The notes beneath the pieces were generated by a model that was given only the letters and a program-made list of their open reading frames with translations, was not told where the DNA came from and searched no databases. Shown piece after piece: positions 48,270 through 58,247 of a stretch of DNA of 64,000 nt (position 1 is the first letter of the stretch; every line of letters starts with the position of its first letter). Source of the stretch: Candidatus Binatia bacterium (lineage in GTDB: Bacteria > Desulfobacterota > Binatia > Bin18); assembly GCA_963664395.2 (NCBI GenBank), contig OY761159.2:1728001-1792000 (forward strand), read 5' to 3'. Both the position numbers and the translations under genes were made by a program.

Positions 48270-49097
48270 ATGCCGACATTCAGAACCGACGACGGAGCCG
48301 AGCTGCACTATAAAGTCGAGGGTAAAGATTTTGGCAACCCCGACCTGATCTTCATTCACGGCTGGTGCTCCAATCTGAACCACTGGGAGGCGCAGGCTTC
48401 TTACTTTCAGGACACCCACCGCATTCTCCGCATGGACCGGCGCGGCATGGGTCAATCGACCACGCCGGGCTCCGGCCATACGCCTCAGCAGCACGCCGCC
48501 GACATCGCAGCCCTGGCCCGCCACGAGGGCTTCACCAACGCGGTGGCGATTGCGCACGCCGGTGGCGGCCCGGCGGGTATCGCCTTCAGCCACGATTATC
48601 CGGAGTTGGTGAGCGCCTTCATCCTGGTGGACTCGGCGGTGTCGTCCGGGGCCGATGTTGAGAACCCGACTACACGAACCGACCGGTTTTACGCCGAGAT
48701 GACACAGAAACTGACGGCTCCGGACGGCGAGAGCTATTTCCGAGAGCTGTATACCAGCTTTTTCGGTCCGCAGGCCGACCGGGCGATGGTCGAGACTGCG
48801 GTCGGTGAGGCCTGTCGTACGCCCGTAGACGTGCGCGTCAAAGAGATCAGCCTGATGGCTTCTGACTCCGCTACGCCGGCAGCCGCCATGCCGCAGCCGA
48901 CGCTGGTTATGGTCGGTCCCTGGATGGCGGACGCTTTCCCCCAGGCCGCCGATCCTGAAGCATCTGCAATCCTGTTTCAAGCAGGTAGAATTTGCACGGG
49001 CAATCGGGACGGGCCACTTCCTGCAACTCGAAGTCCCGGACCAGGTGAACGCCTTTATCACAAGCTTTGTGTCCAGACTGGCCGTGTGACTATTTGA
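48270..49097 (+). CDS. Alpha/beta hydrolase; frameshift near 48950 (true end about 49089)
   Basis: FIHGW, DRRGMGQS, AHAGGG at the nucleophile elbow; an alternative frame gives GTGHFLQLEVPDQVNAFI. Confidence 0.8.
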   Translation: MPTFRTDDGAELHYKVEGKDFGNPDLIFIHGWCSNLNHWEAQASYFQDTHRILRMDRRGMGQSTTPGSGHTPQQHAADIAALARHEGFTNAVAIAHAGGGPAGIAFSHDYPELVSAFILVDSAVSSGADVENPTTRTDRFYAEMTQKLTAPDGESYFRELYTSFFGPQADRAMVETAVGEACRTPVDVRVKEISLMASDSATPAAAMPQPTLVMVGPWMADAFPQAADPEASAILFQAGRICTGNRDGPLPATRSPGPGERLYHKLCVQTGRVTI

Positions 49098-49112
49098 GAA
49101 AAGGACGAGGAC

Positions 49113-50582
49113 ATGCCGATTCAAAAATTTGCTCCCATGACCAAGGACTTCCCGACCTTTGACTGCGATGCCCATGTGACCGAGCCGCCCTGGATTTGGG
49201 AGCGGGCCAAGGACTGGCTGACCAAGGACGAGCTGGACGCCCTCAAGACCACCATCTGGTTTGATGCCGAGAGCAAGCAACTGATTGTGAATGGCGTGCC
49301 GGGGGCGGGTATCGGCTCCCAACTGATCGGCGGCCGGCGCGGCCGCATCCACGCCATCTCCTTTGCCGGGCCGGGGCTCAAACACGATATCCAGCGCGCC
49401 CTGTACGTCCGCAACCTGCATCCCGAGACGGCCCTGACCGCAGAGCAGGCCGACTATCTGGACCACAAGGGGTCGTATAAACCGCGCGAGCGCCTGCGGG
49501 ATATGGACGTCCAGGGCATAGACCAGGTGATGATTATCCCGACCGATATCGACACCTATCCCTGGCTGCAAAACGCGCTCGGGGCCAAGGCCATGTGCAA
49601 AGCCTATAACGAGTGGGCGTATGACTACTGTCAGGAGGACCCCGAGCGGCTCTATTTTGCCGCCCTGCTGCCCATGCAGGACCCGAAATACGCGGCCCAG
49701 GAAGTCTATCGGGTGGCGGACAAAGGCTGTCGGGTGGGCCTGGTCCGACCCGTGGACGCCATGGGCAATTATCCCATTCAGCCCAAATACGAGCAGGTCT
49801 GGCGGGCCATGGAAGAGACCGGCGTGGTGTACGGCATGCATCCCTTTCCGGCCTTTGGCTCACTCAAGCCGGCCGGCTATTCCGAACAGTACTCGGGCGC
49901 GGAGTTGGTCGCCCGGACCATTATATCCGCAGGTTTGCCGCACTCTTTTCTGACGAATGTGCAGAACTTTCAAGCCGAAGCCGCGCTATGGGTGACCATG
50001 GTCCTGATGTCGGGCTTCTTTGAACGCCATACCAAGCTCCGGGCGGCCGTGTTTGAAGCGTCTTCGACCTGGCTGAGCTTTCTGCTCGATCGGTGCGATA
50101 AATTCTACAAGCTGTACCGCAACGAGCGCGAACTGGCACCGCTCAAGCGCCTGCCGAGCGAGACCTTTTTTGTACATTGCGTGACCGGCTTCGAGGGCGA
50201 TGAGGCTCCTCCATCGCGTCTGCCCGAGTTCTATAAAGACATTCTGGCCTGGTCGTCGGATGTGTATCATCACGACGGCGACGATGTGTGGCGGGCGCTG
50301 GAGACCATGCGCGAGTGTGAGCTGCCAGAGTTCTACCAGAGTAAATTCCTGGGAGAAAACGCGCGTCAGCTCTACCATATCGAGACCCCGAAAACGTTCA
50401 TTCGGGAGCGGGTGACCGAAATTGAGCGGCCGGACTGGTGGCCAACCGAAGACGAGGTCAAGCGTGCCCTGGAGCCCGAGGCCGCGCTCAGCCGGCCCTA
50501 TCATGAACGAGGCCGACACACCAATGGAAACGCGGGAAACGCGGGAAACGCGGGAAACGCACCTGAAGGAGTCCGGGCATGA
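49113..50582 (+). CDS. Amidohydrolase_2 family protein
   Basis: DCDAHVTE, MDVQGID, AYNEW, MHP, WSSDVYH, LGENARQLY. Confidence 0.9.
   Translation: MPIQKFAPMTKDFPTFDCDAHVTEPPWIWERAKDWLTKDELDALKTTIWFDAESKQLIVNGVPGAGIGSQLIGGRRGRIHAISFAGPGLKHDIQRALYVRNLHPETALTAEQADYLDHKGSYKPRERLRDMDVQGIDQVMIIPTDIDTYPWLQNALGAKAMCKAYNEWAYDYCQEDPERLYFAALLPMQDPKYAAQEVYRVADKGCRVGLVRPVDAMGNYPIQPKYEQVWRAMEETGVVYGMHPFPAFGSLKPAGYSEQYSGAELVARTIISAGLPHSFLTNVQNFQAEAALWVTMVLMSGFFERHTKLRAAVFEASSTWLSFLLDRCDKFYKLYRNERELAPLKRLPSETFFVHCVTGFEGDEAPPSRLPEFYKDILAWSSDVYHHDGDDVWRALETMRECELPEFYQSKFLGENARQLYHIETPKTFIRERVTEIERPDWWPTEDEVKRALEPEAALSRPYHERGRHTNGNAGNAGNAGNAPEGVRA
50526..50561 (+). repeat. 9-bp tandem repeat x4 encoding (GNA)4
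   Basis: ggaaacgcg x3 plus ggaaacgca. Confidence 0.9.
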
Positions 50583-51868
50583 CCAAACGCTTTGCCGTTT
50601 TTGACGCGAACTCCCACATTGTCGAATCGCCCGAAATCTGGGAAAAATATCTGGAGCCGGACTATCGTGCCCTGGGCAAATTCTCCCTGTGGCGGGAAGA
50701 CGGCCAGTACGCCTCCTACCTCAAAATCAATGGCGAGGCCCATCATGACCAGGTCAATCCCAACATCCCCCGCTATGCCATCTGGCGACCGGGTATGACC
50801 TGCGAACAGGTCGGTGCGCTTGACCCCGATACCCGGCACGCCATGACCGAGGGAGCGTCTGACCCCCAGGCGCGGCTGCGGGATATGGACGCCATGGGCG
50901 TGGATCAGACCCTGCTCTACCCGACCTGGTTTGCCGAGGGATTCCCCTTGGTCAAGGACCCGGACAGCGCCGACGCGCTCGCGCGGGCGTATAACAACTG
51001 GATCGCCGATTTTTGCCAGGCCGCGCCCGACCGCTTGTATGCCGCGGCCATGATTCCATTGCAAAACATGGATTATGCGCTGGCGGAACTGCGGCGGATC
51101 GTGTCCATTCCATGCTTTCGAGGCGTGTTTCTCCGACCGATGTTCATTCAGGGCCGCTATTATACGCATCCCTACTATGATCCGTTCTGGGCCGAGCTTG
51201 AGCGCCTCGACCTGACGCTCGCCGTCCATCCGGCAACGGGCTTGTGGAACCCGGAATGGACCTCCCACGCGGCGTTTATTGAGAAAGTCAACAGAAGGCT
51301 CACGCAAGTCACCCTGTTCAGAGAAGCCGGCGGCGGCCCGTTTGCGGGGGGTGGCAATGGACCCAATTTCACGTTTGGGGCTCAGCAGCCGATCGGGCAT
51401 CCGGTTGCGCCGATCCTGTCGCCGTGGCTGGATAATCATATGTTCGTGGCTGCGACTCTGATCGGTTTTACGGTCATGCAGCGCTATCCCAAGCTGAAGG
51501 TGGTGATGGCCGGCGGCCAGGCATCATGGATGGAAGAGGTCCTGGAGAAGATGGAAGCGTCCACCCTCACGATTCCGCCCCTGCACTACTATCCGGTGCG
51601 GACCGATGTGGAAACCATGTGGGAAGAGGGCCGGGTGCTGCTCGCCTTTGACGCCGAAGAGCGGCTGATCCGGAAGCTTCCCCATACCTTCGCTCACAAG
51701 ATTGTCTGGGGCTCACGCTACCCGCAGCAGGATACGACCAGCGCCTGGGACGCGATTGAGACCCTGAGCCAGGCCCATATCGACGACGCCAGCATGGCCC
51801 GCATGCTGGGCGGCAATGCCGCCCAACAGTTCGGTATCGAGCCGGTGCAAAAGGTGGAGAAGGGATAA
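50579..51868 (+). CDS. Amidohydrolase_2 paralogue with a degenerate active site
   Basis: DANSH, MDAMGVD..LLYPT, AYNNW; WGSRYPQ in place of SDYPH; ATGA overlap with the previous gene. Confidence 0.85.
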   Translation: MTKRFAVFDANSHIVESPEIWEKYLEPDYRALGKFSLWREDGQYASYLKINGEAHHDQVNPNIPRYAIWRPGMTCEQVGALDPDTRHAMTEGASDPQARLRDMDAMGVDQTLLYPTWFAEGFPLVKDPDSADALARAYNNWIADFCQAAPDRLYAAAMIPLQNMDYALAELRRIVSIPCFRGVFLRPMFIQGRYYTHPYYDPFWAELERLDLTLAVHPATGLWNPEWTSHAAFIEKVNRRLTQVTLFREAGGGPFAGGGNGPNFTFGAQQPIGHPVAPILSPWLDNHMFVAATLIGFTVMQRYPKLKVVMAGGQASWMEEVLEKMEASTLTIPPLHYYPVRTDVETMWEEGRVLLAFDAEERLIRKLPHTFAHKIVWGSRYPQQDTTSAWDAIETLSQAHIDDASMARMLGGNAAQQFGIEPVQKVEKG

Positions 51869-51878
51869 CGGCTCGGCA

Positions 51879-52904
51879 ATGGCGGCTCCCTCATTCAATC
51901 ATAGCCAATCGTTTCCTGCGTCCCTCCGCTATCCGGTCCTCGTCCTGACCCATGTCCTCATCAAACCGATCCTCTGGCTGATCGATACGGCCGGCTATTC
52001 GGATCGCTTCTGGGCAGCGATTGGCCGCAAGCTGAAGGTCAAGCTGCTGGCCGGGCACGATTTCGGCGACTACCGTCCAAGCCGGCACGATGTGGTGGTC
52101 TGTACGTTTCCCAAATGCGGCACGAACTGGACCATGCAGATCGCGTATCAAATCGCCATGCGGGGCAGGGGCGAGTTTCGGCATATTCACGATGTGATTC
52201 CGTGGCCGGATTTTGCCAGGCAGGACCTTATCGTGCCCCTGTCGGACGATAGCGCGCGCAAAGCCGCACCGACCGGCCTGCGGGTGATTAAAACCCATCT
52301 GGAGTGGGAGCGCGTCCCCTACACTCCGGACGCCCGTTATATCTGTATTCTGCGCGACCCCAAGGACGCCTTTGTATCGAATTATCTGTTTGTCCGGGAT
52401 GTCATGTTCGGTCCGCTGATGCCCGCCGTGCCGGTTTGGCTGCGGATCTTTTTTTCCGATGCCGCGCCGTTCAACTGGTCCGAACACCTGCACGGCTATT
52501 GGAAAAACCGCCACCTGCCCAATCTGCTGATCCTGACCTTTGAGGAGATGAAACAGGACTTGGCCGCGGCCGTGCGACGCATTGCCGAGTTTATGGATGT
52601 CGAGTTGACCCCGGACGAGTTTGCCGCGGTATGCGAGCAGAGTTCATTTGCGTATATGAAAGGCATGGACGAGAAGTTCAAGCCGCCGGCACTCAGCCCG
52701 TGGTCGTCGCCCGACCGGCAGATGATCCGCCGCGGCGTCAGCGGCGGGTCGGCTGAGTTGTTATCCCCCGCCCAGCAAGGCTTTATTGATACGATGTGCA
52801 AAGCCGAGCTGACCCGGCTCGGCAGCGACTTTGCGTACGATAGGATGTGGGGGAATCAAGCGGGCAGGGAGAACACAGTAGCAGCCGCACAGAGTGTCGA
52901 ATAA
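51879..52904 (+). CDS. PAPS-dependent sulfotransferase (Sulfotransfer_1)
   Basis: TFPKCGTNW (5'-PSB), IKTH, RDPKDAFVS (3'-PB), FEEMKQD, SSF..MK, RRG. Confidence 0.9.
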   Translation: MAAPSFNHSQSFPASLRYPVLVLTHVLIKPILWLIDTAGYSDRFWAAIGRKLKVKLLAGHDFGDYRPSRHDVVVCTFPKCGTNWTMQIAYQIAMRGRGEFRHIHDVIPWPDFARQDLIVPLSDDSARKAAPTGLRVIKTHLEWERVPYTPDARYICILRDPKDAFVSNYLFVRDVMFGPLMPAVPVWLRIFFSDAAPFNWSEHLHGYWKNRHLPNLLILTFEEMKQDLAAAVRRIAEFMDVELTPDEFAAVCEQSSFAYMKGMDEKFKPPALSPWSSPDRQMIRRGVSGGSAELLSPAQQGFIDTMCKAELTRLGSDFAYDRMWGNQAGRENTVAAAQSVE

Positions 52905-52915
52905 CAGAAAGGAGT

Positions 52916-54039
52916 ATGCACATGCACGTGATCGACGGCGACAGCCACTTTATGGAACCGCTGGATCTCTACCCGCGCTACATAGACCCGGCCTTTCGGG
53001 AGCGGGCCATGCGGGTGGAAAAGGACCCGGCCAGCGGTGAGCCGACCATCCGCATTGACGGCCGCCCCCTCAAGATGGTCAACACCACCGACCTGTTAGC
53101 CGCAGTGGTGGCCTACGGGCAGAAAGAAATGGGCCGGGATGTCAACCATTTCGATCAATATCTGGCGCTCAGCCCGGACTGGCAGAATATGGACAAGCGG
53201 ATCGAGTTCCTGGATGCCGAGGGTATTCAGGCCCAGGTCATCTACCCCACGCTCGGCCTCTTATGGGAGGGCAGCGTGGAGGACCCGGTCTTTGCCGATG
53301 CCCTGAGCCGGGCCTATAACACCTGGGCGTTTGAACTGTGCGCCGGCCATAGCGACCGCCTTTTCCCCGCGGCGCATATCTCCCTGCGGGATGCCGAACT
53401 GGCCGTGCGTGAACTCAAGCGGGTCGCCAAGCTGGGCTGTCGAACGATTTTGTTGCCGCGGCCCCAATCAACGGCCGCAGCTTCGGCCATCCGGATTTGG
53501 ACCCCATTTGGGCGGCGGTACAGGATTTGGACCTGAGCGTCGGCATCCATTTGACCGGGCATAAGCATTCGACCGGGCGCGAATGGTACCGCGACCGCGA
53601 CCCCGGCATGATGTTCGTGACCATGAACCTGATTCAGGACCCGCGCATGGCGCTGACCACCATGGTCTACGATGGCGTGCTGGAACGCTTTCCCCGCCTG
53701 CGGGTGGCCACCATAGAGGCCATGGTCGGCTGGATTGGCGAATGGCTGGAACGGCTCGACTACCGGTATAAATACATGGGCCATACCTCGCAGATGGAGC
53801 GCCCGGCGTCCGAATACTTCGAGCGCAATATCTGGATCAACGGCGACCCCGAAGAGAAGATGTTTCCCCTCATCGTCCAGTTTGCCGGCGACGAAAAATT
53901 CTTCGTCGGCTCCGACTACCCCCACGCCGAGGGCTTTGTTGAGCCGGTGCGCAAAGCGCGCGAAACCTTGTCCTCGTTGCCGCCCGAGTCGATAGACAAA
54001 ATTCTGGGGGGGAACGCCCGTCGCTTCTTCGGGATTTGA
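52916..54039 (+). pseudogene. Amidohydrolase_2 family protein, single frameshift
   Basis: DGDSHFME ... GSDYPHAE ... LGGNARRFF; one T missing from a T-run near 53450. Confidence 0.85.
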
Positions 54040-54197
54040 CGGGTCAGCGTTGCCGCCTCAAGACGCATGGTAATCATTCTTTCTGTATGAGCCGGCAGCA
54101 CCGTATTCAGCGTTCATCAGGGCGGCAAATCCCCTCGTCTCGGCCACTCCTCGCTCAGAGCGGCATGGACGGGCTGAGGAGGTAGGAGGAATCTCGT

Positions 54198-54725
54198 ATG
54201 GCAGAGACGCGTGAGGAGAACAGGGGCTTCCGTTCACTCTGGATGACTCTCGCTCTTGTGGTCATCGCCTCGTTCGGGGCGTTGCTCTATTACGGCCGCG
54301 AAGTCTATCAGATGGCCCCTCCGGTTCCGGAGCGTGTCGTCGCCTCTGGCGGTACGGTCGTCTTCACCGGAGACGATGTTCGAGCCGGCCAGGATGTGTG
54401 GCGCTCAATTGGCGGACACCAACTGGGCTCTATCTGGGGCCATGGCTCCTACACGGCGCCGGACTGGACCGCTGACTGGCTGCACCGCGAGGCAGTCTGG
54501 CTGCTCGACCACTGGGCACACGAGGAACGGGAGCGGGGCTACGAAGAACTCGACGGGGAGCGACAAGCGGCACTTCGGGCGCGGCTCCAGCATGAACTGC
54601 GGACGAACACCTATGACACCGCGACCCAAACGATAACCGTATCGGAGTTGAGGGCGGAGGCCATTACTGGCGTACAGACTGGCGTGGATGAAAGCCCAGG
54701 GCAAGGGCTACCAGAGCCGCATTAA
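54198..54725 (+). pseudogene. norB: Quinol-dependent nitric oxide reductase (qNor) N-terminal fragment
   Basis: Y..APPVP, GQDVWRSIGGHQLGSIWGHGSYTAPDWTADWLHRE, LRTNTYD; heme-copper oxidase domain absent. Confidence 0.85.
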
Positions 54726-54804
54726 CGCCATCCTGCGAGCTTACTACGAAGCGCACCAGGATGGTGCCCGATAGAAGCGCGAGTTGCGCCGATTCCTCTT
54801 GCAC

Positions 54805-56196
54805 TCAGCCGGCCGTTCCCCGGCGGAGCACGGACAGCACACACGCACACAAACAGACCCCCGCGCAGACCAGGAACACGTCCTGGAAAGCCGGCATAAA
54901 CGGGTCTGCATACGCCCCGGAGCCAGGAGCGGCAACCGCATACACCATCTTTCGGCTCGCAAACAGCGCACTGGCGCCGGTCACGCCGAGGACAACGCCC
55001 AGCGTCCGCATCATCTGACTCATCCCGCCCGCGACCCCCTGCTGGTCGCGGGGAATCGCACCCATAACAAAGCTCATATTGGGCACCTGGAAGAGCCCGA
55101 TGCCCGCCCCAACAAGGCCGAGCGTCAGCACGACCGGGAGGGTGGCGGTTTCGCCGGGCAGCAGACTCATCAGCCACAGCCCGCAGGCCTCGAGGCCGAG
55201 GCCCACGGAACTTAACAGCCGGGTCCCCAGCCGGTCGGTGAGCACGCCCGCCAGCGGAGCCACCAGAGCGGTTGCCAACGGGGTTGCCACCAATACCAGC
55301 CCGGCGGTGGTTTCAGGATGCCGGAGGATCTGAACAAGATAGTGGGGGACGAGGAGCCAAATCGCAAACATCGCGCCGTTCGCCAGCACGTTCAGGGCGT
55401 TGGCCAGAGCAAAGGCCGGGCTGCGGAACAGGCTGAGGTCCACGACCGGCGGGCCGGTCCGCTGTTCGACTTTCACAAAGAGGGCAAAGCTCAGGCCGGA
55501 GAGCCCCAGCAGGGTCAGGACCAAGGGTGAGGTCCAGCCTGCGGTCGGACCCCGGCTCAGGGCCAGCAGCAAGCCCGCGAGACCGCCCGCCAGGGTGAGT
55601 ATAGCGGGGGCGTCAAAGGCGGGCCGAGCGGCCCGGCGGGTGGCTGACGGGGTCTGTCTGCACGCCAACCAGCCCAGCACCAGGGCCGGTACGACCCGAA
55701 ACAGATACACCGCGTGCCAGCCAAAGCTGCCGACCAGGAGGCCGCCGACGAGGGGCCCCAGAGCAAAGCCGACCGCCGCGCTCATCTGAAAAATGCCGAG
55801 GACGCGCCCCTGGGCTTGTGGCGGAACCGACAGCGTGGCCAGCGCCGGGGCCGCGGCAAAAACGAGGGCCACGGCGATGCCCTGCACAACCCGGGCTCCG
55901 AGCAGCAGGGGAAAGGTGGGCGCCAGGCCGCACAGCAAAAAAGCGACGGCACTGGCGATCAGGCCCCAGCTCAGGACGCGGCTGTGACCCCACACGTCGG
56001 CGATCTTGCCGCAGCCGAGCAGCAGGCTGGCATAGGTCAGAACATAGCTGACCACGACCCACTGCATGGCGGTGACATCCAGACCAAAGGCTGCCGTCAT
56101 CGCCGGGAAGGCGATATTCACGGACGTGTCGAGCGAGCCCAGCACGGCGCTGGCACTGGCGATAAGAACCGAGGACTGGAGGACGGGGCGCGGCAT
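54805..56196 (-). CDS. MFS efflux transporter (DHA2 / EmrB-QacA type)
   Basis: LDTSVNIAFP, WVVVSYVL, GKIADVWG, ARVVQGI, LGPLVGG, GWHAVYL. Confidence 0.9.
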   Translation of the reverse strand: MPRPVLQSSVLIASASAVLGSLDTSVNIAFPAMTAAFGLDVTAMQWVVVSYVLTYASLLLGCGKIADVWGHSRVLSWGLIASAVAFLLCGLAPTFPLLLGARVVQGIAVALVFAAAPALATLSVPPQAQGRVLGIFQMSAAVGFALGPLVGGLLVGSFGWHAVYLFRVVPALVLGWLACRQTPSATRRAARPAFDAPAILTLAGGLAGLLLALSRGPTAGWTSPLVLTLLGLSGLSFALFVKVEQRTGPPVVDLSLFRSPAFALANALNVLANGAMFAIWLLVPHYLVQILRHPETTAGLVLVATPLATALVAPLAGVLTDRLGTRLLSSVGLGLEACGLWLMSLLPGETATLPVVLTLGLVGAGIGLFQVPNMSFVMGAIPRDQQGVAGGMSQMMRTLGVVLGVTGASALFASRKMVYAVAAPGSGAYADPFMPAFQDVFLVCAGVCLCACVLSVLRRGTAG

Positions 56197-56363
56197 GAGT
56201 CATGTTCCGAGCGAGCCGATACGGGGTCGAGGGCACGATACCCGCCGAGAGGTGAAGGCGGCAAGAGCGTGGTAACACTCGTCGTGGCCTTCGTTGACAG
56301 CAACCGGGGCGGACCATACAAAAGGGACCCGCCCAGCGCGGGCCCGACCCGACGGAGGTTGCG

Positions 56364-57377
56364 ATGGGACAGATAAAGGAATTGGGGGTGAGCTTCCAGA
56401 ATCTGACGGCCCGGGAATGTATGGCGACGGCCAGACAGGCTGAAGCCTACGGCTTTGGGACCTATTGGGTGCCGGAAGATTATGTGCACCGCGGGGCGTT
56501 CAGCCTGGCCAGCGCCATCGCGGCGTGCACAACCTCGCTCCGTATCGGTATCGGTGTGCTCAACCCCTATACGCGCCACCCCGTGCTGACGGCGATGGAG
56601 TTGGGTTCCCTGGAAGAAATATCCGCCGGCCGCGCGGTGTTGGGTATGGGCGCAAGCGTCGCCCCCTGGATTGAGGGACAACTCGGGATTCCGTACGCCA
56701 AACCGGCCACCTCAATGCGGGAAGGCGTGGAGATTATCCGAGCGCTCTTTCGGGGTGAGGCGGTGACGTATACGGGACAGGTGTTCCAGACCACGTCCGC
56801 CCGCTTCAATTTTCAGCCTCCCCGGACGGACGTTCCGATTCACCTGGGGGTGCTGGGCCCGCAGAACCTGACGCTGGCCGGCCAGATTGCCGACGGGGCC
56901 TTGCTGGCCGTGCTGCTGAGTCCAGCCTATGTTCGCTACGCTGTGGAGTGTCTCAGACGAGGAACGGACGCCGCTGGCAAAACCTGGGCCGACTTTGAGG
57001 TCGGCGGTCTGCTGACCGTTGCCATTGCCGAAGACGCGGCTGCCGCCCGTGAGGCCGTCAAGCCCTTTCTGGCCACCTGGATCGGGCTGTTAAGCGGCCA
57101 GCCGGAGCATCCGCTCTTCTCCTGTCCCGGTCTTGCCGCCAGAGATGTGCAGCGTTTTGGCGAACGGTTTGCCGCCGGTGACCTGGCCGTCGATCTGGTA
57201 ACGGATTGGATGATCGATACCTTTGCGATTGCCGGCGACCCGGAGCACTGTCGCCGCAAGCTGGCCGCCCTTGTCGATGCCGGACTCACCAGTCCGGTCG
57301 CGTTCGAGGTGCCGGGCATCCGGCCCGCGGTCACCCTGGACGCGGTGAAGACCCATCTCATGCCGCACTTCTTGTAA
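56364..57377 (+). CDS. LLM-class (Mer-like, possibly F420-dependent) oxidoreductase
   Basis: GIGVLNPYTRHP, SAGRAVLGMG, GPQNL.LAGQIADG. Confidence 0.88.
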   Translation: MGQIKELGVSFQNLTARECMATARQAEAYGFGTYWVPEDYVHRGAFSLASAIAACTTSLRIGIGVLNPYTRHPVLTAMELGSLEEISAGRAVLGMGASVAPWIEGQLGIPYAKPATSMREGVEIIRALFRGEAVTYTGQVFQTTSARFNFQPPRTDVPIHLGVLGPQNLTLAGQIADGALLAVLLSPAYVRYAVECLRRGTDAAGKTWADFEVGGLLTVAIAEDAAAAREAVKPFLATWIGLLSGQPEHPLFSCPGLAARDVQRFGERFAAGDLAVDLVTDWMIDTFAIAGDPEHCRRKLAALVDAGLTSPVAFEVPGIRPAVTLDAVKTHLMPHFL

Positions 57378-57708
57378 TCTTGCGCGGCCGCCGGCCCTTA
57401 CCGAATCGGTGGAGAAGAATTTGATGCTCAGGCTCCCTATAAAGAAGGCGACGACAAGTATGATGTGAACTTGCGAAAATCGGTGTCGTCAGATTGCCGT
57501 CCGACTTTCAGTCTGCCCTGGACGTTCTCGATAATGAGCGGCTGCTGCGATCCTGGTTCCCAAGGGAATTCGTCGATGTGTTCCTGGCTCACAAGACTGG
57601 GGAGATCGCATTTCTTCAAGACAAAAATGCAGCCGACATCAGGCGCAGGTATGCGGCTGCGTACTAATGCGCCGCACGGTTGAGCAGCCTGACGCCCGTA
57701 CTCGAACC

Positions 57709-58095
57709 TTACTTCAGTCCTTCGCCGCTGGGGTCGTCGACGATGAAAAGCCACGTCCCGTCGGCCTGCTTGCGGACCACCTCCACGCTGTGCAGCGGCG
57801 TCGTGACCGGGTTGCCGTCCGGTCCAGGACTGGTACTGCTGCCCTTCACTCGCGTGACCGCCACCGTCCCGTCCGTACTCGGCACCGCCGTGACCGCCTC
57901 GACGTTGAACGTGGCCTGGGCGTCAATAAAGCCCTGCATGACCTCGCGAATAGCAGCGTGGCCGGTAACCACCTGCTCGGGCGATACCACAAACGTGGCA
58001 TCCGGCTCATACATCGCTATGGCCGCGTCCAGGTCGCCCGCCTTCAGCGCTTCGAGCAACTGCAGATCACACTCTTCGGGTTTGTGTGCTGGCAT
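57709..58095 (-). CDS. SnoaL/NTF2-like (YybH/DUF4440) protein
   Basis: GDLDAAIAMYEPDA, G.AAIR, EVVRKQADGTWLFIVDDP. Confidence 0.85.
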   Translation of the reverse strand: MPAHKPEECDLQLLEALKAGDLDAAIAMYEPDATFVVSPEQVVTGHAAIREVMQGFIDAQATFNVEAVTAVPSTDGTVAVTRVKGSSTSPGPDGNPVTTPLHSVEVVRKQADGTWLFIVDDPSGEGLK

Positions 58096-58247
58096 ATTCG
58101 TTCCCTCCTTTGATTTGAGTCAGAATTTCCGCCTGTCCCCCACACTCGGTTCAGACGTCTCCCCACCCCTACACCGCAACCCTGCTGAAGGCAAGTGAAA
58201 AAACGGGACGCAACTCAGCGGGAAGTATTGTCTCTTCCGTAGACACA

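Noticed and set aside
57437-57660. Short lower-GC ORF fragment
   Set aside because: No recognisable motif or clear start; cannot be assigned.
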